From NCBI GenBank assembly GCA_001873215.1, contig MNYS01000005.1:1367-65366 (forward strand): 64,000 bases of DNA, written 5' to 3'. Under the pieces are notes generated by a model, which worked only from the letters and a program-made list of their open reading frames with translations, did no database searches and was not told the origin of the DNA. Origin of the DNA: Candidatus Levybacteria bacterium CG2_30_37_29 (GTDB lineage: Bacteria > Patescibacteriota > Microgenomatia > Levybacterales > GWA1-39-11). Of the stretch, positions 17,119-28,164 are shown piece by piece. Position numbers and translations under genes: made by a program. Every line of letters starts with the position of its first letter. Within the stretch, counting starts at the first letter, position 1.

Positions 17119-18414
17119 ATGCACATTCCTATTGCATTGGGAAAAGCTATAACAAAAGTTTCCCAAACATTTAATTTAGGATCGGGATCAACGTGGCCAG
17201 GAGAAATAGCACTTTCACTTGATGCAAACTTTCTCAATAATTTATCTAAAAAAAATCCTCATTTAAAAATTGTTTTAGTCGCAGGCACTAATGGAAAAAC
17301 AACAACGACAAAGCTTACCCAAGAGGTGCTGGAACGTCAAAATTATCGCGTTTTTAGAAATGAAGCAGGCGCAAATTTAATTAACGGTATTGCTTCAAGC
17401 TTTGTGTATCGTGCGGATATTTTTGGAAAAATTTCCTATGACGTGGCTCTTTTTGAAATAGACGAAAACTCTCTTCCTCGTATTCTAGAACACATAACAC
17501 CCTTTGCAATTATATTATTAAATTTATTCCGTGACCAGCTGGATCGCTACGGCGAAGTAAATACAATAGCGGAAAAATGGCAGGAAGCACTTAAGAAGCT
17601 ACCCAAAGAAACACTTTTAGTCACAAACGGAGACGATCCGATGCTTAGATTTATCGGAGAAAAATCAAACCTTCATGTTTCTTACTTTGGTATTGACGAA
17701 AAGTTAATGGACAAAAAAAACGCACCTCATGATGTTGACTTTCTCTATTGCCCGAAGTGTAAAACAAAACTTGAATTTATAAAAAGATCTTATTCCCATA
17801 TGGGGATATATAAATGTCCAAAATGCGGTTTTAGACACGCAAAGACTTCTACTTTTAACTCTCTTCCAAATCCTATGTTTGGTCTTTACAACAAATACAA
17901 TATTAATGCTGCTTCTCTTCTGCTTCAAAACGGTTTCGGTGTTAATTTAAAAACGATAGAATTGGGAATTACAAATTTTGACCCTGCATTTGGCAGGCAA
18001 GAAAGAATTATTTATAAAGGAAAAAACATATTTCTTCTTCTTTCAAAAAATCCTGCAAGCTTTAACCAGTCAATTCAAGCTATTATTGAACAAGACAAGA
18101 ATCCAAACGTCTTACTTTTATTAAATGATAGAATTCCGGACGGTAGAGACGTTAGCTGGATTTGGGATGTAGAATTTGAAGAATTGAAAAATGCATATTA
18201 CGTCACTATTTCCGGTGACAGGGCTTATGACATGGGCGTAAGAATTAAATACTGCGATATACCTGATTCTAAATTCCAGATTCATGACATATTAACAGAA
18301 GCCATTATTGTTGCCGCATCAAGACTTGAAACCGATCAAACTTTATATATTCTGGCAACATATTCCGCCATGCTTGATGTAAGAAAAATATTAAAAGGAC
18401 GAAAAATTTTATGA
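17119..18414 (+). CDS. murT: lipid II isoglutaminyl synthase subunit MurT
   Basis: GTNGKTTT, NLFRDQLDRYGE, CPKC..CPKC zinc site, DGRDVSWIWD. Confidence 0.93.
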   Translation: MHIPIALGKAITKVSQTFNLGSGSTWPGEIALSLDANFLNNLSKKNPHLKIVLVAGTNGKTTTTKLTQEVLERQNYRVFRNEAGANLINGIASSFVYRADIFGKISYDVALFEIDENSLPRILEHITPFAIILLNLFRDQLDRYGEVNTIAEKWQEALKKLPKETLLVTNGDDPMLRFIGEKSNLHVSYFGIDEKLMDKKNAPHDVDFLYCPKCKTKLEFIKRSYSHMGIYKCPKCGFRHAKTSTFNSLPNPMFGLYNKYNINAASLLLQNGFGVNLKTIELGITNFDPAFGRQERIIYKGKNIFLLLSKNPASFNQSIQAIIEQDKNPNVLLLLNDRIPDGRDVSWIWDVEFEELKNAYYVTISGDRAYDMGVRIKYCDIPDSKFQIHDILTEAIIVAASRLETDQTLYILATYSAMLDVRKILKGRKIL

Positions 18415-18899
18415 AAGCTAAAAACCTATTCCCTAAAACCTATAACCTAACCATAGGTTGGCTTTATCCCGAATTAATGTCTACCTATGGTGACCGCGGA
18501 AATATTATAGTTTTACAAAAGCGTTGTGAGTGGAGAAATATAAATGTTCGAATAGAAAAAATCTCACCGGATACAGAATACCAAATACTAGATACATGCG
18601 ATCTTTTCTTTATGGGTGGCGCGCAAGATACGCAGCAGGAAATTGTAAATCATGATTTGTTCGGGAAAAAAGGTTCGGCACTAAAGAAAAAAATTGAACA
18701 GGGAACTCCCGGTCTTTTTATCTGCGGCGCATATCAATTCTTGGGTAAATATTATAAAACAGCCGACGGAAAAATCCTTGAAGGGTTGAAAATTTTTCCA
18801 AGCTACACTGAAAACCCGGGAGAAAATGTCAATCGTCTAATCGGCAATATTATTATCGAACCTAATTCTAGTACCTATAACCTAAAACCTAAAACCTAT
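18259..18899 (+). repeat. degenerate 7-bp tandem repeat patches inside murT/gatD
   Basis: 18259-18286 (ATACCTG ATTCTAA ATTCCAG ATTCATG), 18423-18450 (AACCTAT TCCCTAA AACCTAT AACCTAA), 18571-18598 (ATACAGA ATACCAA ATACTAG ATACATG), 18872-18899 (TACCTAT AACCTAA AACCTAA AACCTAT). Confidence 0.65.
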
Positions 18900-19196
18900 A
18901 TTGTAGGGTTTGAAAACCACGGAGGAAGAACATATTTAGAAGATAAATCAATGACCTTTGCAACCGTTAAAAAAGGTTCTGGAAACAACGGAAAGGACAA
19001 AACCGAGGGAATTATGTATAAAAATTCAATCGGAACATATCTTCACGGACCGATTCTGCCTAAAAATCCAGAAATAGCCGACTGGCTGATAGAAAAAGCT
19101 GTGGAGGTTAAATACGGAGAAAAAATTGAACTCGAACCCTTAGATGACTCTCTCGAACAAAAAGCAAAAGATGTTGTTGTAAAAAGAAATTCTTAA
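18411..19196 (+). CDS. gatD: lipid II isoglutaminyl synthase glutaminase subunit GatD
   Basis: LYPELMSTYGDRGN, ICGAYQFLG, GFENHGG, YLHGPILPKNP; ATGA overlap with murT. Confidence 0.93.
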   Translation: MKAKNLFPKTYNLTIGWLYPELMSTYGDRGNIIVLQKRCEWRNINVRIEKISPDTEYQILDTCDLFFMGGAQDTQQEIVNHDLFGKKGSALKKKIEQGTPGLFICGAYQFLGKYYKTADGKILEGLKIFPSYTENPGENVNRLIGNIIIEPNSSTYNLKPKTYIVGFENHGGRTYLEDKSMTFATVKKGSGNNGKDKTEGIMYKNSIGTYLHGPILPKNPEIADWLIEKAVEVKYGEKIELEPLDDSLEQKAKDVVVKRNS

Positions 19197-19202
19197 ATAT
19201 AG

Positions 19203-19865
19203 CTACGAACAAATTAACCAAGCAAATTCTTGGGAATGCTCGACAAACTCAGCTTTACCGGATAACCTAAGAACTGTTTTATTAAATATATCTTTTCTAT
19301 ACGTACTTGGTGTACCCATAACAAAATGTTTTCGTATTTTATAAAATACCTCACACAGACTATCATCTCTTGAACCCACATCCCATGGGTTTCGTTTAGT
19401 TTCAGGATCATAATACCTTGCATCTACATCAACCAAATAAATTTTATTTTTTCCACCTTTTACAGAACCATACACGTATTGTTCGCTTCTATCAATGTCC
19501 CACAAAAAAGGTTCACTTCTATTTTCGAATTTATATTCAAAATATCCCATAATTCCAGCAACTAGTTCATCGACTAATTTTTGGCTGGCTGTATCGACTC
19601 CTAACCCATCTACGAAATTACTAACCATTGTTAGTCCCTTCTCCGTAATAACAAAATCTGTTGGAACTACACTAATGCCAAATTGATTTAAAAGGTTAAA
19701 TTCATTCCTTGTTACCTTCGCGCGGGTTAATTGATTACTACCCTGACCCCATCTTACAACGTATTTTCGATCAGGATTTTGCGCGTGATTTAATGAGATA
19801 TCATAGGCAAATTGATCTATAGCATCACCCCTAAACGGAGAATAATTCCAATGTTCATTTTTCAT
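19203..19865 (-). CDS. hypothetical protein
   Basis: About 220-aa ORF filling the gatD-gatC gap; TATAAT lies 6 nt before the ATG at 19865. Confidence 0.65.
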   Translation of the reverse strand: MKNEHWNYSPFRGDAIDQFAYDISLNHAQNPDRKYVVRWGQGSNQLTRAKVTRNEFNLLNQFGISVVPTDFVITEKGLTMVSNFVDGLGVDTASQKLVDELVAGIMGYFEYKFENRSEPFLWDIDRSEQYVYGSVKGGKNKIYLVDVDARYYDPETKRNPWDVGSRDDSLCEVFYKIRKHFVMGTPSTYRKDIFNKTVLRLSGKAEFVEHSQEFAWLICS

Positions 19866-19943
19866 GTAGTTATTATATTTCACTATAGGTTATTTATCAA
19901 CTAACTACTTGCTTGAATAAGTCAACAAACATATAATAACTGT

Positions 19944-20231
19944 ATGAAGATTGATGTAAAAAAAGTCGCAACATTGGCAAATCTTACGCTAACTCCGCAA
20001 GAAGAACACAAGTTTGAAAAACAGTTATCAGAAATCCTTACCTACGTTGAAAAATTGAATGATGTTGATGTAGAAGGGGTTGAACCAACTTCACAAGTAA
20101 CAGGACTTACAAATGTCACAAAAAATGACAATTTTTCAGACGATTCTCTATCTCAAAACGCAGCACTTTCAGGCGCAAAAAATCAAAACAATGGTTTTTT
20201 CAAAGTAAAGGCAATATTTGATAACGAATAG
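19944..20231 (+). CDS. gatC: Asp/Glu-tRNA amidotransferase subunit C
   Basis: VKKVATLANL, ILTYVEKL, VEPT, FFKVKAI; position before gatA. Confidence 0.93.
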   Translation: MKIDVKKVATLANLTLTPQEEHKFEKQLSEILTYVEKLNDVDVEGVEPTSQVTGLTNVTKNDNFSDDSLSQNAALSGAKNQNNGFFKVKAIFDNE

Positions 20232-20251
20232 GGTTTAGTGAATAGGGAATA
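20224..20251 (+). repeat. 7-bp tandem repeat patch at the gatC-gatA junction
   Basis: ACGAATA GGGTTTA GTGAATA GGGAATA. Confidence 0.45.
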
Positions 20252-20256
20252 GATAT

Positions 20257-21678
20257 ATGGATGTAACGAATCTTACAATAGAATCAATCTTAGACGGATA
20301 CAAGAACAAAAAGTTTTCGGTAAACGAAGTTGTAGAATCATATCTTAAACGAATCAAACGACATGATAAGGAATTAAACTCTTTTATTACAGTTTGTGAA
20401 AAAGAAGCACTTGAGGAAGCAAAGAAAAAAGATGAAGATTTAGCCAACGGTGTTAAGTTACCGCTTTTGGGACTTCCGATTGCCCTCAAAGATATGTTTT
20501 CAACAAAAGGAATTAGGACTACGGCTGCATCAAATGTCTTGAAAGATTATATTCCCTCCTACAACGCAACTGTTGTTGACAGATTAAAAGACGCAGGCGC
20601 AATAATTTTGGGAAAAACAAATCATGATGCATGGGCACACGGATCAAGCGGTGAGAATTCGGATTTCGGACCGACTAAAAATCCATGGAATAAAGAATAT
20701 ACGCCCGGCGGGTCAAGCAGCGGATCTGCAGTTGCGGTTGCTGCAGGGCTTACTCCTATTGCCACTGGAACTGATACAGGTGGCTCAATACGCCTTCCCG
20801 CATCATTTACTAATGTTGTAGGTCTTAAACCCACTTATGGAAGAGTTTCACGCTTCGGAATTATTTCTATGGCGTCAAGTCTTGACTCAATAGGTCATTT
20901 CACAAAAACAGTGTCTGATTCGGCGAGAATTCTTCAAACTACTGCGGGTAAAGATGGCTATGACGCTACTTTATCCTCAGACAAACCTAAAAATTATTTA
21001 AAGAATCTTAAAAATGGAATAAAGGGATTAAGGCTAGGAGTACCAAAAGAATTTGTTACAAAAGGGCTTCAAAAAGAAGTAAAAAATGCATTTGAAGGGG
21101 CTGTTAAGATTCTTGAAGATCTGGGGGCGGAAACACTAGAAGTATCTCTTCCTCATACAGAATACGGGATCGCGACTTATTATGTTATTCAAACTGCAGA
21201 AGTAAGCTCAAATCTTGCAAGGTTTGACGGGATAAGATTTGGAAATAAAAGAACAGAATTTGGTGACGAAGCAAAACGCCGAATTATGCTCGGAACATTT
21301 ACTCTCTCCGCAGGGTATTATGATGCATATTATAAAAGAGCAATGCAGGTCCGAACATTAGTCCGCAAAGACTATGAAAAAGCCTTTGATTTGTCATCTG
21401 GCGGAGTTGACGCAATTATAGTCCCCGCTTCACCAACTACTCCTTGGAGACTTGGAGAAAAAGTAAATGATCCGCTTGCAATGTATCTATCAGACGCGCT
21501 TACTGTGACCGCAAACATTGCGGGCATTCCGGGACTTTCTGTACCTGCAGGGTTTAATAATGGCTTACCAGTAGGAATTCAAATTCTTGGTCCGCAATTT
21601 TCTGAAGACTTGCTTTTTAGAATTGGCTATTCTTTTGAACAAAAAACTGAGTATTACAAACAAACACCAAATCTATGA
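20257..21678 (+). CDS. gatA: Asp/Glu-tRNA amidotransferase subunit A
   Basis: PGGSSSGSA, GTDTGGSIRLPA, SSNLARFDG, KRRIMLG. Confidence 0.97.
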   Translation: MDVTNLTIESILDGYKNKKFSVNEVVESYLKRIKRHDKELNSFITVCEKEALEEAKKKDEDLANGVKLPLLGLPIALKDMFSTKGIRTTAASNVLKDYIPSYNATVVDRLKDAGAIILGKTNHDAWAHGSSGENSDFGPTKNPWNKEYTPGGSSSGSAVAVAAGLTPIATGTDTGGSIRLPASFTNVVGLKPTYGRVSRFGIISMASSLDSIGHFTKTVSDSARILQTTAGKDGYDATLSSDKPKNYLKNLKNGIKGLRLGVPKEFVTKGLQKEVKNAFEGAVKILEDLGAETLEVSLPHTEYGIATYYVIQTAEVSSNLARFDGIRFGNKRTEFGDEAKRRIMLGTFTLSAGYYDAYYKRAMQVRTLVRKDYEKAFDLSSGGVDAIIVPASPTTPWRLGEKVNDPLAMYLSDALTVTANIAGIPGLSVPAGFNNGLPVGIQILGPQFSEDLLFRIGYSFEQKTEYYKQTPNL

Positions 21679-23012
21679 AATATACACCGGTAATCGGACT
21701 TGAAGTTCACGTAGAGCTAAAAACACAAACTAAAATGTTTTGTGGCTGTAGTGCCGATTATTTTGGAAAAAATCCGAATACTTATACATGCCCCGTATGT
21801 CTTGGACTTCCTGGTGCTCTCCCCTACCCAAATAAACTTGCCATAGAATGGTGTGTAAAAATTGCGCTTTCACTAAACTGCAAAATCAAAGAATTTTCAA
21901 AGTTTGACCGCAAAAACTATTTCTATCCTGACCTTCCCAAGGGATATCAAATATCCCAATACGATTTACCTTTCGGCCACGATGGATTCATAGAAGTATT
22001 TAAAGAAAAAGGTTCTACGGATGTTAAGAAAATAGGAATTACACGAGTTCACATGGAAGAAGATACAGGAAAACTTACTCACGCAATTGTCTCAAATGAA
22101 AAAGTAAGTCTTATTGATTTTAACAGGTCCGGAGTTCCTTTGGTTGAGATAGTTACAGAACCGGATTTTGAGAATGAATATCAAGTTATTCAATATCTAC
22201 AAAAACTTCAGAAAATTGTCCGCTATTTAGGAGTATCAAACGCTGACATGGAAAAGGGAGACATGCGTCTTGAACCCAACATTTCCCTATCCAAACCAAA
22301 CACAAAAGGTTTACCTAATTATAAAGTTGAAGTAAAAAATATAAATTCATTCAGATTTGTTGACAGGGCAATACAGTTTGAAGTCAAACGTCAAACAGCA
22401 CTTTTAGATAAAAACCAAACTCCAAAACAGGAAACTCGCGGCTGGAATGAAGTAAAAAATGAAACCGTATCTCAAAGATCCAAGGAGGAAGCACATGACT
22501 ATCGTTACTTTCCGGAACCGGATATCCCTCCTATTGAGTTTACGGAAGATGAAATTACAAGTCTAAAAAGCTCTATTCCAGAATTACCAGATGAAAAATT
22601 TAAAAGATTCGAACAAAAATACAATCTTACATCCTACGATTCGGAAATTTTAACAAGAGAAAAAGGATTAGCGGATTATTTTGAAGAGGTGGTAAAAGTC
22701 GGAAAAAAATATCAAGTTTTACCAAAACAAATAGCAAATGAGATTATAAACACAAAAGTAAATACTGAAGAAATATTCCCAGCAAAACTTGTAGAAATTA
22801 TTTTAGAAAACAAAAAAACAGAAACAGTCGATGAATCTGAACTATTCTCAGTTGTAACTTCTGTACTTACAGAAAATGCGAAGGCGGTCGAAGAATATAA
22901 AAATGGTAAAGAGAACGTTTTGCAATTTTTAATAGGACAAACAATGAGAAAATTGGGGAAAAAAGTTGACTTAAACGCCGTCAAAAGTGCTATACTAGAA
23001 AAGCTAAAGTAA
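21675..23012 (+). CDS. gatB: Asp/Glu-tRNA amidotransferase subunit B
   Basis: IGLEVHVEL, FDRKNYFYPDLPKGYQISQ, DYRYFPEPD. Confidence 0.97.
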   Translation: MKYTPVIGLEVHVELKTQTKMFCGCSADYFGKNPNTYTCPVCLGLPGALPYPNKLAIEWCVKIALSLNCKIKEFSKFDRKNYFYPDLPKGYQISQYDLPFGHDGFIEVFKEKGSTDVKKIGITRVHMEEDTGKLTHAIVSNEKVSLIDFNRSGVPLVEIVTEPDFENEYQVIQYLQKLQKIVRYLGVSNADMEKGDMRLEPNISLSKPNTKGLPNYKVEVKNINSFRFVDRAIQFEVKRQTALLDKNQTPKQETRGWNEVKNETVSQRSKEEAHDYRYFPEPDIPPIEFTEDEITSLKSSIPELPDEKFKRFEQKYNLTSYDSEILTREKGLADYFEEVVKVGKKYQVLPKQIANEIINTKVNTEEIFPAKLVEIILENKKTETVDESELFSVVTSVLTENAKAVEEYKNGKENVLQFLIGQTMRKLGKKVDLNAVKSAILEKLK

Positions 23013-23036
23013 TCTCGGTTTACCCGAGCAACTCGT

Positions 23037-26000
23037 ATGGCTGATTTTGTTCATCTTCATAACCACAGCGAATATTCTCTTCTTGATGGCCTTTCAAAAA
23101 CAGCAGAAATGGTAGCACGGGCAAAAGAACTGGGAATGTCTTCAATTGCCATAACAGACCATGGAAATTTATACGGTGCAATAAGATTCTACAAAGAATG
23201 CAAAGAGCAAGGCATAAAACCAATAATAGGATGTGAAATATATGTCGCAAAAAGGTCACGTTTTGATAAAACTACGGATGATAAAGACTACAACCATTTA
23301 ATCCTTCTTGCAAAAAACCAAATAGGATATAAAAATCTTATGAAAATTGTAACTTCTTCCCATCTTGAGGGATTTTATTACAAACCGAGAACTGACTTAG
23401 AATTGTTAAAAAAATATAAAGACGGATTAATTTGTCTCTCTGCTTGTCTTAGCGGATATATTTCAGAGCCTCTTCTTGCAGGACAAAAAGAAGAAGCAAT
23501 TTTAAAAGCAAAAACACTCTATGAAATTTACGGTGGAGATTTTTACCTTGAACTTCAAAAACATATTAATATCCCAAGACAAGATGAGTTAAATATAAAA
23601 CTATTGGCATTATCCAGAAAATTGGGTATTCCGGTGGTAGCTACAAATGACAATCATTACATAAATAAAGATGATGCAGAAGCACAAGAAATACTTCTTT
23701 GCATAGGAACTCAAACAACGATTATTACAGCTGATAGAAAACTTTCTATGCTAAACTCTCCTGATTTTTACATAAAAGACCAAAAGGAAATGCAGAAACT
23801 TTTTTCAGACACCCCTGACGCATTAGAAAACACATTAAAAATTGCAGAAAAATGCAATTTAGAAATAACACTTGGAAAATGGATTATGCCCACTTTTGAA
23901 GTTCCTGCAAGTAAAACTCCTGCCGAGTATCTGACCGAACTTGTTGATAAAGGTTTAAAAGAAAGATATAAAACAGTGACTGAGGAAATTAAAGAAAGAG
24001 TAAAGTATGAACTGTCAATTATTATAAATAAAGGATACGAAGCTTATTTTTTAATTGTACAAGACTTTGCAAATTGGGCAAAGAATAATGAAATTTCCGT
24101 CGGACCGGGAAGAGGATCGGCTGCAGGTTCCGTGGTTTCATATGCACTTAATATTACAGACGTTGATCCGTTTTTTTTCAAACTTCCATTTGAAAGATTT
24201 CTAAATCCTTTCCGTCCTTCAGCTCCTGATATTGATCTGGACTTTGCAGATACTAGACGCGATGAAGTAATAAAATATGTAACTTCAAAATATGGAGATG
24301 ATAAGGTAGCACAAATAATAACATTCGGTACCATGGAAGCAAGAGGTGCCGTTCGTGACGCGGGACGGGCGCTAGGAATGCCATATGCTGTTCCGGACAG
24401 AATAGCAAAAATGATTCCACCGGGATGGCAGGGACACGCAATGACTATTGAAAAAGCACTTGAACAAAGCCCTGACCTAAAAAGAGCTTACCGTGAAGAA
24501 AACGACACTAAAAGACTTCTTGATGTTGCAAAAAAACTTGAAGGAGTTGCGCGTCATGCATCAACTCACGCTGCAGGAGTTGTGATTGCCAACAAAAATC
24601 TAACCGAATACACTCCTCTTCAAAGAGAAAGTAACGGAGAAAGAATTGTTACTCAGTATGACATGTATACAGTCGGTGAAGACGGTGTTGGCCTTCTAAA
24701 AATGGATTTTTTGGGACTTCGCAACCTTACAATTATTGAAGAAACGTTACGTTTTGTAAAACAAAATCAAAACATTTCCCTTGACGTTTCAAAATTTCCT
24801 CTCGATGACAAAAAAACCTACAAACTTCTTTCAAATGCAGAAACAACAGGAATTTTTCAATTAGAGTCAGCAGGAATGAGAAGATATATAAAAGAACTAC
24901 AACCTTCTTCAATTTTTGACCTCATGGCAATGGTTGCATTATATCGACCCGGTCCTATGCAAAACATTCCTGAATTTATCGCACGAAAGCATAACCCCTC
25001 TCTTATAAAATATCCAGATGAAAGACTTAAGGATGTTCTTTCCCAATCATATGGCATACTGGCATACCAAGACGATGTACTCCTTACATCAATTGCTATC
25101 GCAGGATACACATGGCTTGACGCTGATAAATTCAGAAAAGCTATGGGCAAAAAAATTCCTGCCGTGATGAAAAAACAGGAAGAGACTTTTGTTAAAGGAG
25201 CTGTAAAAAATGGACTTACCCAAAAAAAAGCCGAAGAAATTTATAATCTAATTGCACCTTTTGCGGGATACGGTTTTAATAAAGCTCACGCCTCTTGTTA
25301 TGCGACTATTGCATTTAGAACCGCTTATTTAAAGGCCCACTACTCAGTAGAATTTATGACAGCTCTTCTTACTGCTGAAAGCAGGGGCTCAACCGGTCCT
25401 GCAAAAAATGAAAAAATTTCACAAGCAGTCGCAGAATGCAGACGACTGAATGTTAACGTATTACCTCCTTCTATTAATTTCTCTGGGGACGAATTCAGCA
25501 TAGAAGATACGAAAAACGTCAGGTTTGGATTATCAGCAATAAAAAATGTCGGAAGTGCTGCAATATCAACTATTCTTGGAGCAAGGGCCAATGGAAAATT
25601 TGAAAGTTTTTCAGATTTTTGCCTTAGAGTTGATCTTTCAAAAGTAAATAAAAAAACTCTCGAAAGTCTTATAAAAGCCGGGGCTATGGATGAATTTGGA
25701 AAACGTGCATCTCTTTTATATGCAATTTCTTCAACCGTAGATAGAATCACAAAAGAAAAAAATAAAGTAAAGTCCCAAGCTAGTCTTTTTGATAACGAAC
25801 CTCCTTCTAAGATTTCATACGAAGGAAACATACCTTTAGATCTTGAAGAATTTAGCGATAAAGAAAAACTTTTGTTTGAAAAAGAACTTCTTGGTTTTTT
25901 TCTCTCCGACCATCCGTTGTCTGCGGAATTAGATAATTTAATAAAATATATTTCACATCAAATTCAAAATCTTATAGAAACTCCGGAAGGAACAAGAATA

Positions 26001-26264
26001 AAAGTAGGTGGCCTTCTTTCAGGTGTGAAAAAAATTATTACTAAAAAAAGCAACAGCGAAATGGCATTTATTACTCTTGAAGATCATGCCGGTTTTTCAA
26101 TAGAATGTGTTGTTTTTCCGAAAACGTTTGAGCAATATAAAAATATATTACTACGAGATACAATCGTGTTGATTTCTGGCAAATTGGACTTCAAGGACGA
26201 AATACCTGTTATACTTGTAGATACTATTGAAAGGTACAAAAATACTAATCAAACAACTAATTAA
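23037..26264 (+). CDS. dnaE: DNA polymerase III alpha subunit
   Basis: HLHNHSEYSLLDG, GPGRGSAAGS, PDIDLDF, KMDFLGLRNLT, YGFNKAH, C-terminal OB fold. Confidence 0.97.
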   Translation: MADFVHLHNHSEYSLLDGLSKTAEMVARAKELGMSSIAITDHGNLYGAIRFYKECKEQGIKPIIGCEIYVAKRSRFDKTTDDKDYNHLILLAKNQIGYKNLMKIVTSSHLEGFYYKPRTDLELLKKYKDGLICLSACLSGYISEPLLAGQKEEAILKAKTLYEIYGGDFYLELQKHINIPRQDELNIKLLALSRKLGIPVVATNDNHYINKDDAEAQEILLCIGTQTTIITADRKLSMLNSPDFYIKDQKEMQKLFSDTPDALENTLKIAEKCNLEITLGKWIMPTFEVPASKTPAEYLTELVDKGLKERYKTVTEEIKERVKYELSIIINKGYEAYFLIVQDFANWAKNNEISVGPGRGSAAGSVVSYALNITDVDPFFFKLPFERFLNPFRPSAPDIDLDFADTRRDEVIKYVTSKYGDDKVAQIITFGTMEARGAVRDAGRALGMPYAVPDRIAKMIPPGWQGHAMTIEKALEQSPDLKRAYREENDTKRLLDVAKKLEGVARHASTHAAGVVIANKNLTEYTPLQRESNGERIVTQYDMYTVGEDGVGLLKMDFLGLRNLTIIEETLRFVKQNQNISLDVSKFPLDDKKTYKLLSNAETTGIFQLESAGMRRYIKELQPSSIFDLMAMVALYRPGPMQNIPEFIARKHNPSLIKYPDERLKDVLSQSYGILAYQDDVLLTSIAIAGYTWLDADKFRKAMGKKIPAVMKKQEETFVKGAVKNGLTQKKAEEIYNLIAPFAGYGFNKAHASCYATIAFRTAYLKAHYSVEFMTALLTAESRGSTGPAKNEKISQAVAECRRLNVNVLPPSINFSGDEFSIEDTKNVRFGLSAIKNVGSAAISTILGARANGKFESFSDFCLRVDLSKVNKKTLESLIKAGAMDEFGKRASLLYAISSTVDRITKEKNKVKSQASLFDNEPPSKISYEGNIPLDLEEFSDKEKLLFEKELLGFFLSDHPLSAELDNLIKYISHQIQNLIETPEGTRIKVGGLLSGVKKIITKKSNSEMAFITLEDHAGFSIECVVFPKTFEQYKNILLRDTIVLISGKLDFKDEIPVILVDTIERYKNTNQTTN

Positions 26265-26278
26265 TAACAATATGCGTG

Positions 26279-26307
26279 TTGACTCTTCTCTGTAAATTTT
26301 ATAAAAT
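26279..26307 (+). promoter_or_regulatory. atp operon promoter
   Basis: TTGACT-17-TAAAAT, 9 nt before atpB. Confidence 0.6.
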
Positions 26308-26316
26308 TAATATTCA

Positions 26317-27263
<947 letters not shown>

Positions 27264-27284
27264 AAGGAACTAACCTTTTTACAT

Positions 27285-27785
27285 ATGGAATTATTTAAAA
27301 ACTTTGGCTTTCAACCAGAATTTTTTGTTGCACAGATTATTAATTTTTTAATATTGGCTTTTGTATTTAAAAAATTTCTTTACAAACCAATGTTAAAAGT
27401 ATTACGTGACAGACAAAAAAAAATAATAAAAGGGATAGAAGATGCACAGAATGCTCATATCGCTCTTGAGGAAGCTCAACAAAAAAGGGATGAGCTTCTA
27501 AAAAAAACGGCAAGTGAAGCGGAGAAAATTTTGGAAGATACAAAAAAGGCTTCTGAGAAGATGAGGGAAGATTTCCTATCTAAATCCCAAACAGAAGCTG
27601 CAAAGATTATTCAGGATGCTAAGCGTGAGATTGTTTCTGAAAAAGAGCAGCTTGAAAAACAAGCTAAAGAAATGTCTTTGGAGTTATCAGAAAAAGTATT
27701 GGAAAAAGTTATAGAAGAATTATTTACAAAAGATGAAAAAGAAAGGATATTAAAAAGAAATATTGCACGTATTCAAAAAGCTTAA
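27285..27785 (+). CDS. atpF: ATP synthase Fo subunit b
   Basis: AQIINFLIL...KFLYKP plus coiled coil. Confidence 0.93.
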   Translation: MELFKNFGFQPEFFVAQIINFLILAFVFKKFLYKPMLKVLRDRQKKIIKGIEDAQNAHIALEEAQQKRDELLKKTASEAEKILEDTKKASEKMREDFLSKSQTEAAKIIQDAKREIVSEKEQLEKQAKEMSLELSEKVLEKVIEELFTKDEKERILKRNIARIQKA

Positions 27786-27789
27786 CAAC

Positions 27790-28143
27790 ATGAATAGACA
27801 ACAATTAAAAAAATTAGCAGACCTTACTATTGCATTGGAAAATGTAGATGAAGGTGTTGTAAAATATGTTTCGGAGAAATTGTCACGTTCTGACTTAAAA
27901 GAATATTTATTATTGTTAAAAAAACTTGTCAACAATAATACTGTATATGTAAAAACAGACATAGATATATCTCGTGATGTTAAAAAAACTATTTCGGAAA
28001 TGTTTCCGGGAAAAAAGATGGTTTTTGAAAAAGATACTTTTTCCGGAGGAGGAGTTTCTATCAAAACGGGAGATAATATTTTTAATTTAAGCGTAAAAAA
28101 TTATATTAATCAAACAGTTGAAACGTTAAAAGAACAGCTATAA
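27790..28143 (+). CDS. atpH: ATP synthase F1 delta subunit, short and divergent
   Basis: Between atpF and atpA; C-terminal GGGVSIKTGDNIFNLSV resembles the delta C-terminus. Confidence 0.7.
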   Translation: MNRQQLKKLADLTIALENVDEGVVKYVSEKLSRSDLKEYLLLLKKLVNNNTVYVKTDIDISRDVKKTISEMFPGKKMVFEKDTFSGGGVSIKTGDNIFNLSVKNYINQTVETLKEQL

Positions 28144-28164
28144 AATGATTTTATATAAAAAAAT

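Noticed and set aside
17119-23012. Functional link between murT-gatD and gatCAB
   Set aside because: They share a gene name only; the enzymes are unrelated and have separate promoters.
23037-26264. Intein or intron in dnaE
   Set aside because: Length is ordinary and the motifs are contiguous.
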